Virus record (IMG/VR): IMGVR_UViG_3300037882_001356
Location: 1-59,691 of that record
Length of the DNA: 59,691 bases
DNA from: a virus
Taxonomy: Duplodnaviria; Caudoviricetes
Direction: 5' to 3' (one strand)
In this document: piece by piece, positions 9,400 to 17,579 of the stretch
Layout: each line of letters opens with the position of its first letter
Numbering within the stretch: the stretch's first letter is position 1
Program-made: the position numbers and the translations under genes
Notes under the pieces: model-generated
The model's database searches: none
What the model was told of the DNA's origin: nothing
The model's input: the letters and a program-made list of their open reading frames with translations, nothing else

Positions 9400-9846
9400 A
9401 TGATTAGCCTAATCGAAGTGTTGCGACGTGTCAACGGTCAGCCGCAAAATGTGCAGATTCTCGTCGGCTACGAAGCGGATACGGGCATTCTGACCATCGG
9501 CACGGACATCCGCAAGAGTCGCACGACAGGGGCCAAACGTCCCGCGACACTCGAAACGTACGCCGTTGAGGAGTACCCAAGCTACGACGGCACAAAGAAG
9601 CCGGAAGTGCCCGGACGTTCGTTTCACCTCAAGAAGCAATCGAACGGCGAATTGTACAGCGTATTCATCTCGGAGACGGGGAACGCCGAACTGGACGATA
9701 TCAAGAATTTGTGCGTGTGTATGGGGTTCATGCACACGGGCATTTGCAAGCATTGCGATTCTGTGAAATACCTTGTCAAAAATGGACTCATCGCCGATCC
9801 AAAAGAGTATGCGGAATCTGTTTTCAGCGAAGAACTAGGGTTTTAA
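9400..9846 (+). CDS. SWIM Zn-finger protein
   Basis: CVCMGF-x5-CKH; RBS gaggag. Confidence 0.75.
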   Translation: MISLIEVLRRVNGQPQNVQILVGYEADTGILTIGTDIRKSRTTGAKRPATLETYAVEEYPSYDGTKKPEVPGRSFHLKKQSNGELYSVFISETGNAELDDIKNLCVCMGFMHTGICKHCDSVKYLVKNGLIADPKEYAESVFSEELGF

Positions 9847-9860
9847 CAAAGGGAGTAGAA

Positions 9861-10376
9861 ATGGTAGAGTTGTTTGTTGTAGCTGGGGCACTTCTTGTTT
9901 TTGGATTTATAGCGCTTATTTGCATTTTAGGTGCGGACGAATGCGAAAAGAAAAACGAGGCACTTGAGGAGGTTAAACTACTGAAAAAAAAACTTGTTGA
10001 CGCCGAGGACATTTGGAAGAAGTATCAACAATCCGAGTCGCAAATAAAGGTTCTCACAAGAGAAGTTACGTTAGCGGAAGAGGAAATAAATCGTCTTGTC
10101 CGAGTAAAAGAACACCACGAACAAACGCTGGAACAACTACGAATTCAGATTCGGAAGTACGAAGAAGACATTGACTCGCCAGAGGTTAAAGACCTGCAAG
10201 ATACCATCGAGAAGATGCGTCTGCGACACGCCGAAGAATTAAGCATCGTTGAGGAAAACCGCTACGATTTGAACAAGGTGATCGAAGGAATCTCGAAGGA
10301 ATTGCGTCTTGCTGCCGGTCGCCTTGATGGGTTGTGCATCCCGTTCTGGCCAACAAAAAAGGGTGGGTCAAAGTGA
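9861..10376 (+). CDS. membrane-anchored coiled-coil protein
   Basis: N-terminal TM helix then an E/K-rich heptad region; RBS aaagggag. Confidence 0.7.
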   Translation: MVELFVVAGALLVFGFIALICILGADECEKKNEALEEVKLLKKKLVDAEDIWKKYQQSESQIKVLTREVTLAEEEINRLVRVKEHHEQTLEQLRIQIRKYEEDIDSPEVKDLQDTIEKMRLRHAEELSIVEENRYDLNKVIEGISKELRLAAGRLDGLCIPFWPTKKGGSK

Positions 10377-10383
10377 CCCACCC
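10355..10383 (-). terminator. rho-independent terminator ending the late operon
   Basis: Perfect 10-bp stem GGGTGGGTCA/TGACCCACCC plus T6 on the minus strand. Confidence 0.75.
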
Positions 10384-10413
10384 TAGCGAAGCCAGCCCAC
10401 GGCGTAACGTGGA

Positions 10414-10965
10414 TTAACGTCGGAATCCCGACCCGATAATGCTACCAATTGCCGAGCCAATGACCGCTCCAGCCAAGCCCGCCCCCGGCCCGGCTAATGC
10501 CGTTCCTGCAACCGCACCTGCTGCCCCGCCAAGAGTTTGAGGATCGAATAAGGCGTTGGCGAAGTTAGCGAAGTTCCCGCCACCGCCCGAACCGAATCCC
10601 CCACGATTCCCGCTGAACCGATCCCCTTGCGAAAATTGGCGTTGGGTGCCGTAGAACTGTTGACCTTGGAACTGTTGTGCGTAATGCACTTGGTTGACTT
10701 GGCGAACTACTTGTACTTGGCGAACCGCGTAAACAGGTTGCTGAACCGCCACGACTTGACGAACAGCGTACACCGGCTGAACGGCTTGGAACTGTACCGA
10801 TTGTTGGTACTGCACCGGAGCGGCGAACGATTGCACCGCTTGGCATCCACCAGAAGCAAAGTTGTTGCCGTAGCCACCGCTAAACGAGTTCGTGACTGCA
10901 TGGCATTGGCCAAACGACACGCTACCGAACACGGCGACAACCGCGATAGACAAGAGGCATTTCAT
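10414..10965 (-). CDS. secreted Gln/Val/Gly-rich protein with glycine-zipper C-terminus
   Basis: Signal peptide, repeated QPVYAVRQV, C-terminal GAAGAVAG...GAVIGSAIGSIIG. Confidence 0.75.
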   Translation of the reverse strand: MKCLLSIAVVAVFGSVSFGQCHAVTNSFSGGYGNNFASGGCQAVQSFAAPVQYQQSVQFQAVQPVYAVRQVVAVQQPVYAVRQVQVVRQVNQVHYAQQFQGQQFYGTQRQFSQGDRFSGNRGGFGSGGGGNFANFANALFDPQTLGGAAGAVAGTALAGPGAGLAGAVIGSAIGSIIGSGFRR

Positions 10966-11013
10966 AACTGGTTACTCCTAGGATTGTTACCACGTCATTA
11001 TACAGATAACGGG

Positions 11014-11667
11014 CTAGTTGCTGGATTCTTCATACGCCCATTGTTGAATCGAACGAATTTCAGCAAGAGCGAGCTTCGGCATCTTCAAAGGCATCGCCTT
11101 CGTGTCCTCATCATGTCGCACGGACGCAAGGATTTTCAAACGCCCTACCTTACCGATAGACGCCGGATACGACAGGTTCAACTTATCACCTTGGCCGTGG
11201 CATTTCGTGCAATGGGAATTGAAGATATTGCCCACAACCCCACCACTCGATGCCGTGTACTTGTTACCGCTTGTGCTGATTGGAACGTCTCCAAGCGGGT
11301 CGGTCGATTCAGCCTGCGGCTTATCGGGTAAACGCTGGTTCTGTTGCAACTTGCCCGCTTCGTCTTGCAATTCTTTCTTGAACTCGTTGAGGGCTTCTTT
11401 GGCCCCCCTCTTCGCTGCATCCTCAGCAATGACCTGATTGACCCGCGTTTGGGCTAAATCGGGTGCGACTTGATACAGCGTTTGGATCGGGATTGCCACC
11501 GGGTAAACGGCATTGTACGCCACCACGGGAGCGACGTACGCATTGTTGTGGTACGTCGGAGTCACGTAGCCCGACCGAATCACCCGGCATCCGTCCGCGT
11601 AGGACGTGACGGGGAGCGTGAGGAACGTACCGACGACGCAAACGGAAAGGCGATAGAGGTAGGTCAT
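11014..11667 (-). CDS. exported mono-heme c-type cytochrome (planctomycete cytochrome C-like domain)
   Basis: Signal-like N-terminus; IFNSHCTKCHG...AMP...LALAEIRSIQQW (CxxCH plus distal Met-Pro). Confidence 0.75.
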   Translation of the reverse strand: MTYLYRLSVCVVGTFLTLPVTSYADGCRVIRSGYVTPTYHNNAYVAPVVAYNAVYPVAIPIQTLYQVAPDLAQTRVNQVIAEDAAKRGAKEALNEFKKELQDEAGKLQQNQRLPDKPQAESTDPLGDVPISTSGNKYTASSGGVVGNIFNSHCTKCHGQGDKLNLSYPASIGKVGRLKILASVRHDEDTKAMPLKMPKLALAEIRSIQQWAYEESSN

Positions 11668-11855
11668 GTGTTCTCCAAATTCTTGAGTAATTTTATCGAG
11701 GCATCAACTGCATAAAACAACGTTGTTAAAATCACTGGGTAAGCAATAAGCAAGACGCTTGCGTTGTCTTTTTCGTACGACACAAGAATAATCAACACCA
11801 ATAACGCTGTCCAAAAAACAGACGCCCAACAAAAATAAAACTTTTGGTCACTCAT
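11664..11855 (-). CDS. small 2-TM membrane protein
   Basis: Two hydrophobic helices; ATGA coupling; AT-rich. Confidence 0.6.
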   Translation of the reverse strand: MSDQKFYFCWASVFWTALLVLIILVSYEKDNASVLLIAYPVILTTLFYAVDASIKLLKNLENT

Positions 11856-12110
11856 TTCTGCACCTTCCCTTTTCGCAACAACTCAGATTGTTTTTCTGCA
11901 AGTTCAAATATTTCAAGGTCTTCGGGATTGTCAAATCCAATCTTGCAGCGAATAAGTGTCTCAATTCGACGTAGTTTGTCCATCTGCTCTTGGTGTCGTT
12001 TTGCTTGACATGTTTCCGCTAAACAAAACATTCCGAGTAACGCAATCATGGTCAAAACAAACAAAAGATAATCGCTCATTTCTGCACCTTCCCTTTTCGT
12101 AACAACTCAG
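11851..12110. repeat. 36-bp direct repeat (11851-11886, 12075-12110)
   Basis: CTCATTTCTGCACCTTCCCTTTTCG(C/T)AACAACTCAG with 1 mismatch; both ORFs end ELLRKGKVQK. Confidence 0.95.
11852..12079 (-). CDS. small membrane-anchored protein
   Basis: N-terminal TM helix; lies between the 36-bp repeats. Confidence 0.6.
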   Translation of the reverse strand: MSDYLLFVLTMIALLGMFCLAETCQAKRHQEQMDKLRRIETLIRCKIGFDNPEDLEIFELAEKQSELLRKGKVQK

Positions 12111-13914
12111 GTAGTAGCCACGCAAACAACGGCGATGGACTCTCTGCGTTCCGCATCACGGATAACGTCAACGCCAGCTTGCGGTACAGCACATCATCCC
12201 ATTCCGCCCGTGGGATCGATTCGCCCATGAACAAGTTCTGAGTGTCCAACCCGCCATCCTGCATACAGACCAGCATCATCGCCAATCGTGGCACGCCCAA
12301 TTCCACGGCGGCTTGTTCCAGCGAAACAGGGGCATCGTACCAGTCGCGGAACCGGATCGTTTCGTCAGCGAACTTTTGACCAGTCCAGCCAAGATTATCC
12401 GGTCGAGTGGTCAGTGTTCGCAAGGCTTTTTTGTAGGGCAGTCGCCAATACTCCGTATCCTCTTCCCATCCCACGAAGAACGCAGCTAACGCATCCGCGA
12501 CGTGTGGGTCAGCGTCAAGCAACCCGCCTTGGTTCGTCTTCGGACTCCGCAAGCGACGGATGCCGTCCTTTACTTTGGTGTTCGACGGGTCAAGAACGCC
12601 GAACGATGGAGCGTGACAGATCGCACAACTAAACTGCGTCTTGACCACACCGAACGACGGGTCTTTCGACGAGTGAACGACTTCCGCGTCCCCGAACTCT
12701 ACCCGCTTGCGTCCGTCCTTCGCCCCGCCCGTCAGGAATGCCGTTTGCAGTCCGCTAGGAAGCGTTACAAGGTGTTCGCCCGCGTCCTCTTGCAAGTCGC
12801 CAATCGCTACGCCCCGTGGATCGTTCGCGGGGTTGCTCTTGCCCGAAGTCTTGCGGAAGTCTCGCGTCCGCATCGACGGGAACCCACCGGCGAGAACAAG
12901 TATCTCAATCACCCGGTCGTTGTACGCCACGAACGAACCATTCTTGACGTTCCGACTTCCTCCGACCACTTCGCCTCGTTTGGCGAATATTCTCTCCCTG
13001 TCGAGCGTCTTCTGAGCGTCGGTGATGCCCCAACGGTCTTGGAACTGCGTCAAATCTTCGGGGAAGTCTTTGATAACCTTCGTGCTGACTTTCTGCTGCC
13101 CCACGATGGTAAAGGAAGGGACGGACGCAATGCCAACGGGTTCGTCAACTTCGTACTCTTCCTTGTGGTTGAACGAACCCGCTGCGTAGAATTTACCATC
13201 TTCGGGCCAGATGCCACCCTTCCACGGCACTTCGCGTATCTTCTGGACCTTCTTCGTCGTCTGTATCGCTTCGGTAAACGATTGCTTCAGGTAACTGAAC
13301 TGAGTCTTCCCGAAGCGTTCTTCTGGGTAGGTGAGGTTGTACAACAACGCCGTACGCCCACCCGGTTCCATCAACTCACGCATGAACCACTCGAGCGGAA
13401 CCATCACGTCAACGTGGAATGTAACGGGGTCTTGTTGCACGCCGATCAACTGCCGTGCCCGTTCCGCGAGGATGGGATCGCAATGCGGTTCCCGAAACTT
13501 TTGATCTTCCCGCACCGATGCCGTCCACGCTTCGACGGTCCAGCGTGTTTTGCGTAAGTCGATGGCCAGCAGTCGTTTATCGCCGCCGACGTTCGGCAAG
13601 AACCGTGCCAGCGTGTTCGCCGTGTTCGCGGTGTTGTAGTACGTCTCCGAGAGCGTCGTACGTTCCGTGAGCAACGGGTCAGGGGTTGCATGTGCCGCGA
13701 CAAACCGCGTAAAGAGGCGGTCCTGTTCGGGGAGCTTTTCTAGGTGAGCGATTGCTAGCTTAAGGTAAGCGTCGGGGTGCGTAATCGTGGTAGCGAACAG
13801 CTTCACGGGTTGAGCGACGGGAGCGGAACGGGATGGCTTCGCTTCGCCATGCAAATACGGATTGTCGGGAACTGGTCCCTGTGCCAACAAGCACGCTAAG
13901 AGAAGATAGTTCAA
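12076..13914 (-). CDS. large exported CxxCH (heme c-binding) protein
   Basis: TTG start after SD AAGGTG; hydrophobic N-terminus; DAGEHLVTLPSGLQ...SCAICHAP. Confidence 0.7.
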   Translation of the reverse strand: MNYLLLACLLAQGPVPDNPYLHGEAKPSRSAPVAQPVKLFATTITHPDAYLKLAIAHLEKLPEQDRLFTRFVAAHATPDPLLTERTTLSETYYNTANTANTLARFLPNVGGDKRLLAIDLRKTRWTVEAWTASVREDQKFREPHCDPILAERARQLIGVQQDPVTFHVDVMVPLEWFMRELMEPGGRTALLYNLTYPEERFGKTQFSYLKQSFTEAIQTTKKVQKIREVPWKGGIWPEDGKFYAAGSFNHKEEYEVDEPVGIASVPSFTIVGQQKVSTKVIKDFPEDLTQFQDRWGITDAQKTLDRERIFAKRGEVVGGSRNVKNGSFVAYNDRVIEILVLAGGFPSMRTRDFRKTSGKSNPANDPRGVAIGDLQEDAGEHLVTLPSGLQTAFLTGGAKDGRKRVEFGDAEVVHSSKDPSFGVVKTQFSCAICHAPSFGVLDPSNTKVKDGIRRLRSPKTNQGGLLDADPHVADALAAFFVGWEEDTEYWRLPYKKALRTLTTRPDNLGWTGQKFADETIRFRDWYDAPVSLEQAAVELGVPRLAMMLVCMQDGGLDTQNLFMGESIPRAEWDDVLYRKLALTLSVMRNAESPSPLFAWLLPELLRKGKVQK

Positions 13915-14031
13915 ACTGCACCTTTTCCAAATCGTTGCACCGGAGCGGGAAGGCTGACGCCGGAAGGTGCAGTCCACAACGCCCCTTCAAACCGCCCCGG
14001 TCACAACGCTGCACCTTGGAGTTTTAACACC

Positions 14032-14832
14032 TTACGCCGTCAATGGGTTAACCCGATAGGGAACCCAAAAGTCACTCGCTAACTGTGGATTCAACGCATA
14101 CTCAAGAGGGATCGTACCGTAGCCGTCTGAACCCCAACTTGTATCCCAACTGTTGCGAATGATGAGGTTGTTTTGATCGTAGCCTACTACCGCGATGTCA
14201 TGACCGCCGATTGGACCGTTGCGAAGGTCGTTCTGCGTCGGCATCGGGATATTGCCCGTCCGTGCCGTCGAATCGGTCATCAACGATGGGTACACGCTGA
14301 ACCCGAAGATAAACGGACGCCCCTGATATTGACTGTTGCCAGCCAAGCACGCCTTGAACGAGTTGAGCGATTGCGGAACTGCCCGATACTCGGCAATCTT
14401 GTTCTTCGCTGCTTCGGCGAACGCTTCATCCGAAGGACGTTCGCGGAAACGACTGGTATCGTAGGGCATCATTCGTTCGGGGAAGAAGCCGAACTTGTTC
14501 AACGCCTTCATCAGATTGCGGTTATCAACGCCCGAATCTTGGTTGACCGTTCCCATCAGCGACCGGACCATCCAGTACAACCCCAAACGCGACGGCATTT
14601 CGACTTCGACGCCATCCGCCTCGGTGGAGTACAAGACGCAAAATAACGCCGTATGCGGCCCGCAACTTCCAATGTCAAGTTGTGACCATGCGGGGTTAAT
14701 AGGACCGCTCAACGCCTTGACGGGGAGCAGGAAACTTGACGGGTATTCTTCCGCCGTTTCGGGTGCGGAGAAGATGCGGTCTTGTGCGTCAAAGGCTTGT
14801 TTGACAAAGCCAGAGATATTGTACTGTGGCAT
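14032..14832 (-). CDS. papain-like cysteine peptidase (C1A)
   Basis: Q-x3-GSC, GGHDIAVVGY and IRNSWDTSWGSDGY give the catalytic Cys/His/Asn. Confidence 0.92.
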   Translation of the reverse strand: MPQYNISGFVKQAFDAQDRIFSAPETAEEYPSSFLLPVKALSGPINPAWSQLDIGSCGPHTALFCVLYSTEADGVEVEMPSRLGLYWMVRSLMGTVNQDSGVDNRNLMKALNKFGFFPERMMPYDTSRFRERPSDEAFAEAAKNKIAEYRAVPQSLNSFKACLAGNSQYQGRPFIFGFSVYPSLMTDSTARTGNIPMPTQNDLRNGPIGGHDIAVVGYDQNNLIIRNSWDTSWGSDGYGTIPLEYALNPQLASDFWVPYRVNPLTA

Positions 14833-14841
14833 GAATGCACC

Positions 14842-15552
14842 TTATTTGCCGTATTTCTGGAACAACTCAAGAATCTTCCCCGGAGCGTCCGGCGAAGTTC
14901 CTTCCCAAAGTAATTTTGCCTGTCCCTCAACCTTCGTGAAGATCGCTAGATAAGGTAGGCGATTACCCTTATCCTTCCACGATTTCGCCAGTTGAGCGTA
15001 ACGAGCGAAATTGGGGTCATTGGTGTTCAGTGGCAACGCCGCTACAAAATGCTTCCCCGCATCCTGAAACTTACGCAACGGTAGCCCCGCTGCGAACAAC
15101 GCCCCACGAATGTCTACCGCATCCTCGGTGGCCTCAACGAAGTAGATATACAACTGCGACTTGGCAACAGGTTCAGGCGGGGCAGGAGGAACAGGGATCG
15201 GTGGGGTAGGAGGTTCTGGTGGAAGCGGTGCGGGGTCCGGTTTCCACGGAACAACCGTTACCTTACGCTTGATCTTGACGCCTTCGCCATCGGCGGAGAT
15301 GGCTACCGCAGTAAGTGTGTACTCGCCAACTGTCTTACACGTGATTTGCGGTTCCGTCTTGGAAGCAAGTTTGTCTTGCGGAGTGAACTCAATCGCGTCG
15401 GGAGCGTCCCAGATGATCGTCTTCGCGTCCGTCTTGACCACGATGAACGTGGGCGTACAAGCCTTGATGGTAATGGGGTCGAAGTCAATCTTTGGAGGAG
15501 CCGCGAACGTGACCGACACAAACAATAACAGACCGCAAAAAGCGTTACGCAT
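14842..15552 (-). CDS. secreted protein: beta domain, Pro-rich linker, C-terminal alpha/beta domain
   Basis: Signal peptide MRNAFCGLLLFVSVTFAAP; PDPAPLPPEPPTPPIPVPP linker. Confidence 0.75.
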   Translation of the reverse strand: MRNAFCGLLLFVSVTFAAPPKIDFDPITIKACTPTFIVVKTDAKTIIWDAPDAIEFTPQDKLASKTEPQITCKTVGEYTLTAVAISADGEGVKIKRKVTVVPWKPDPAPLPPEPPTPPIPVPPAPPEPVAKSQLYIYFVEATEDAVDIRGALFAAGLPLRKFQDAGKHFVAALPLNTNDPNFARYAQLAKSWKDKGNRLPYLAIFTKVEGQAKLLWEGTSPDAPGKILELFQKYGK

Positions 15553-15613
15553 CGCTGCACCTTTCAAGAAAAGAATGTCTACATTGTATCATAAACACAA
15601 TGACATTGCCATG

Positions 15614-15841
15614 TTAAGCGTTGGCCCAAACCGGACGGCCTAACAACAAGCTATACTTGAGAATCGCTTCGTCAACTTCCGGTGGAGCAAGCAACGTGTA
15701 ATTGAATCCATCCCAATAAAGAATTTCACCGGGGACCGACCCAGTTGGAACGTACGTCATACCCGGAGGCGGAGTGGTTCGCGTCGGACCACTACCTACT
15801 ACCTTTTCACCCATTGGTACTTCGTCCATAGGATCACTCAT
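15614..15841 (-). CDS. small hypothetical, possibly structural
   Basis: PTGSVPGEILYWDG resembles fibre repeat units. Confidence 0.5.
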   Translation of the reverse strand: MSDPMDEVPMGEKVVGSGPTRTTPPPGMTYVPTGSVPGEILYWDGFNYTLLAPPEVDEAILKYSLLLGRPVWANA

Positions 15842-16259
15842 GCGTAAATTCCTGTTACTATTTGTCATTGTCATTGCCGGATGCGAAACGCCACTTACCC
15901 CACCCGTCGAGCCTCTTGCCGTCCGTCCGATTGATTTGGTACACGGATATCGTGACCAAACCACAATTGCACAAACCGCTTACGATAACATCACAATTTC
16001 TCTATCGTTGCCATCAGGTTCCTACACCGTGTCGGGGAATACAATTTGCTGGCATCTTGCCAGCAAAGAGTTCCCGCCCGTTATCGTGTTCCACTTCAAG
16101 GAACCACCCGCCAAGACACATCGATCCTTGACAATTATCGGCGTGTGTCAGGGGCGACACGACGACAACAAAGACCGCGAGTTTATGGGCTTCACGTTCT
16201 GTATTACCGTGAGCGAATGTCGGTTTGCAAATCCGCCAGCATTGCCCGCACCTCGTTAA
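15840..16259 (+). CDS. lipoprotein, possible OB-fold, antisense to the late operon
   Basis: Lipobox MRKFLLLFVIVIAG-C; LTIIGVCQG...ITVSECRF. Confidence 0.65.
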   Translation: MRKFLLLFVIVIAGCETPLTPPVEPLAVRPIDLVHGYRDQTTIAQTAYDNITISLSLPSGSYTVSGNTICWHLASKEFPPVIVFHFKEPPAKTHRSLTIIGVCQGRHDDNKDREFMGFTFCITVSECRFANPPALPAPR

Positions 16260-16401
16260 CGTCCCGCAAGTATCTCGCCTGAATGATCCGCTGGTCAGAC
16301 CGCGACTGGATCATTTGTAGCGATACCAACACAATTAGAACGATGAACACAAGCCACGATGATTCGGTTGCACTGTCCCGCCGAATGTCATTTCGCACCA
16401 T
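16204..16401 (-). CDS. single-TM protein of the lysis module
   Basis: WLVFIVLIVLVSL followed by a short helical region. Confidence 0.55.
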   Translation of the reverse strand: MVRNDIRRDSATESSWLVFIVLIVLVSLQMIQSRSDQRIIQARYLRDVNEVRAMLADLQTDIRSR

Positions 16402-16693
16402 TTGCCCCTCTGGGCTGTTCGCCGTTGCGGAACGGTCGAAAGGCGATACAGTACCCACCCAAGATTCCGAGGGCCAAATTCAGGTAGTACGCAGACTGAC
16501 TAATACCTGCCGTGTTGTCGGCAATGGCTCCGAGGACCGCATACACGCCCCAAAAGCCAATAATCGGACCCATGACAAACAAGGCAATTTTCGCCTTCAA
16601 TTTGTGGAACTTGTGTAACAGATCGTGATGGACCACCACGAACCCACTCATAGCGACAAAGAAGGCGAGTCCTGATGAAAGATTAACCCCCAT
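16388..16693 (-). CDS. 3-TM membrane protein (holin/antiholin-like)
   Basis: Three hydrophobic segments; adjacent to the holin. Confidence 0.6.
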   Translation of the reverse strand: MGVNLSSGLAFFVAMSGFVVVHHDLLHKFHKLKAKIALFVMGPIIGFWGVYAVLGAIADNTAGISQSAYYLNLALGILGGYCIAFRPFRNGEQPRGANGAK

Positions 16694-17021
16694 TCTTTTT
16701 CCCCTTCGCAATGAGCGTGAGTAGTTCGGCGATTTTCTCCAATGGCTTTTCCCTAAAGCCTCGAAACAACGCAAAAATTCCGCCCGAAATCATTAGTCCA
16801 CCTAACCCAATGAGGAAGTGAATACAGGCCGTCATCTTGTTGGAGAATGCGAAATACTCACCCACAACTGGAGCAACAAAAATGGCGGTCAGAGTGCCAA
16901 CAATGACCGCCCCGACTCTCTTCCACAAATCCAATTTCTGCAAATGGGCAAGACTCACCATACCACCCGCAAGAGCGGCGAGAGCGTACCAAACGTCATT
17001 AGGAATCGCATCCATTGGCAC
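16683..17021 (-). CDS. putative holin
   Basis: 112 aa, 3 TM segments, basic C-terminus, directly after the tail genes. Confidence 0.7.
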   Translation of the reverse strand: MPMDAIPNDVWYALAALAGGMVSLAHLQKLDLWKRVGAVIVGTLTAIFVAPVVGEYFAFSNKMTACIHFLIGLGGLMISGGIFALFRGFREKPLEKIAELLTLIAKGKKNGG

Positions 17022-17045
17022 GCTCCGTTTATTGATATTAACAGG

Positions 17046-17384
17046 CTACTCAGGGGGCTGATACACCCCTTCGGCAATCACCACTTGCCCACTTGAAATC
17101 GGGTACTCGTCATCGGTATTCGTTCGCCAAATGTCCCAAACGTATTTGCCTTTGGATAATGAGGCGGTCTGTGTTTCCGTCAATGACACGGTGAACGTCC
17201 CCGCTGAGGCATCGACAATAACCGCGTCCGCTTCTTCAAGGACTGTCGAACCGGCTTTGCGACTGATGTAAAACGTCATTGTCCAGCCGGTAATATCGGT
17301 ATCGGCTTGATTGGCCGATGGTCCGAGTGTCGCAGTCCAGTCTTGCCCGCGATAAATCGTGAACGGTCGATTGTTGACAGCCAT
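17046..17384 (-). CDS. BppU-N-like Ig-fold virion protein
   Basis: IYRGQDW...DITGWT...AGTFTVSLTETQTASL..GKYVWDI. Confidence 0.7.
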   Translation of the reverse strand: MAVNNRPFTIYRGQDWTATLGPSANQADTDITGWTMTFYISRKAGSTVLEEADAVIVDASAGTFTVSLTETQTASLSKGKYVWDIWRTNTDDEYPISSGQVVIAEGVYQPPE

Positions 17385-17579
17385 TTATTGTTCCTCCCAA
17401 AGTAGCACGGTCGGAACAGGTTCCTGCCACGACAAAGCAACACCCGCTGCGGACGTTGACCAGAACGGGGTTGCTTGGCGGGGCAACTCCCATTTCAAAT
17501 CGGCGACGGATGGAGGCGGTTCTTCCCCCAAGCCAAACGGCTTCACCAACCGATACAGCATGTAGCGGATTAGGTTCAT
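17385..17579 (-). CDS. small hypothetical virion-module protein
   Basis: Translationally coupled within the operon. Confidence 0.55.
   Translation of the reverse strand: MNLIRYMLYRLVKPFGLGEEPPPSVADLKWELPRQATPFWSTSAAGVALSWQEPVPTVLLWEEQ

Noticed and set aside
11851-12110. CRISPR mini-array (36-bp repeats)
   Set aside because: Only two copies, 224 bp apart, both protein-coding; no cas genes.
12502-13557. Long plus-strand ORFs (also 10627-11331, 32420-33262, 36188-36802)
   Set aside because: Antisense to well-supported genes, with no motifs or RBS; typical shadow ORFs.
15840-16259. o-spanin
   Set aside because: Opposite strand to the lysis genes, and looks globular rather than like a short Pro-rich spanin.
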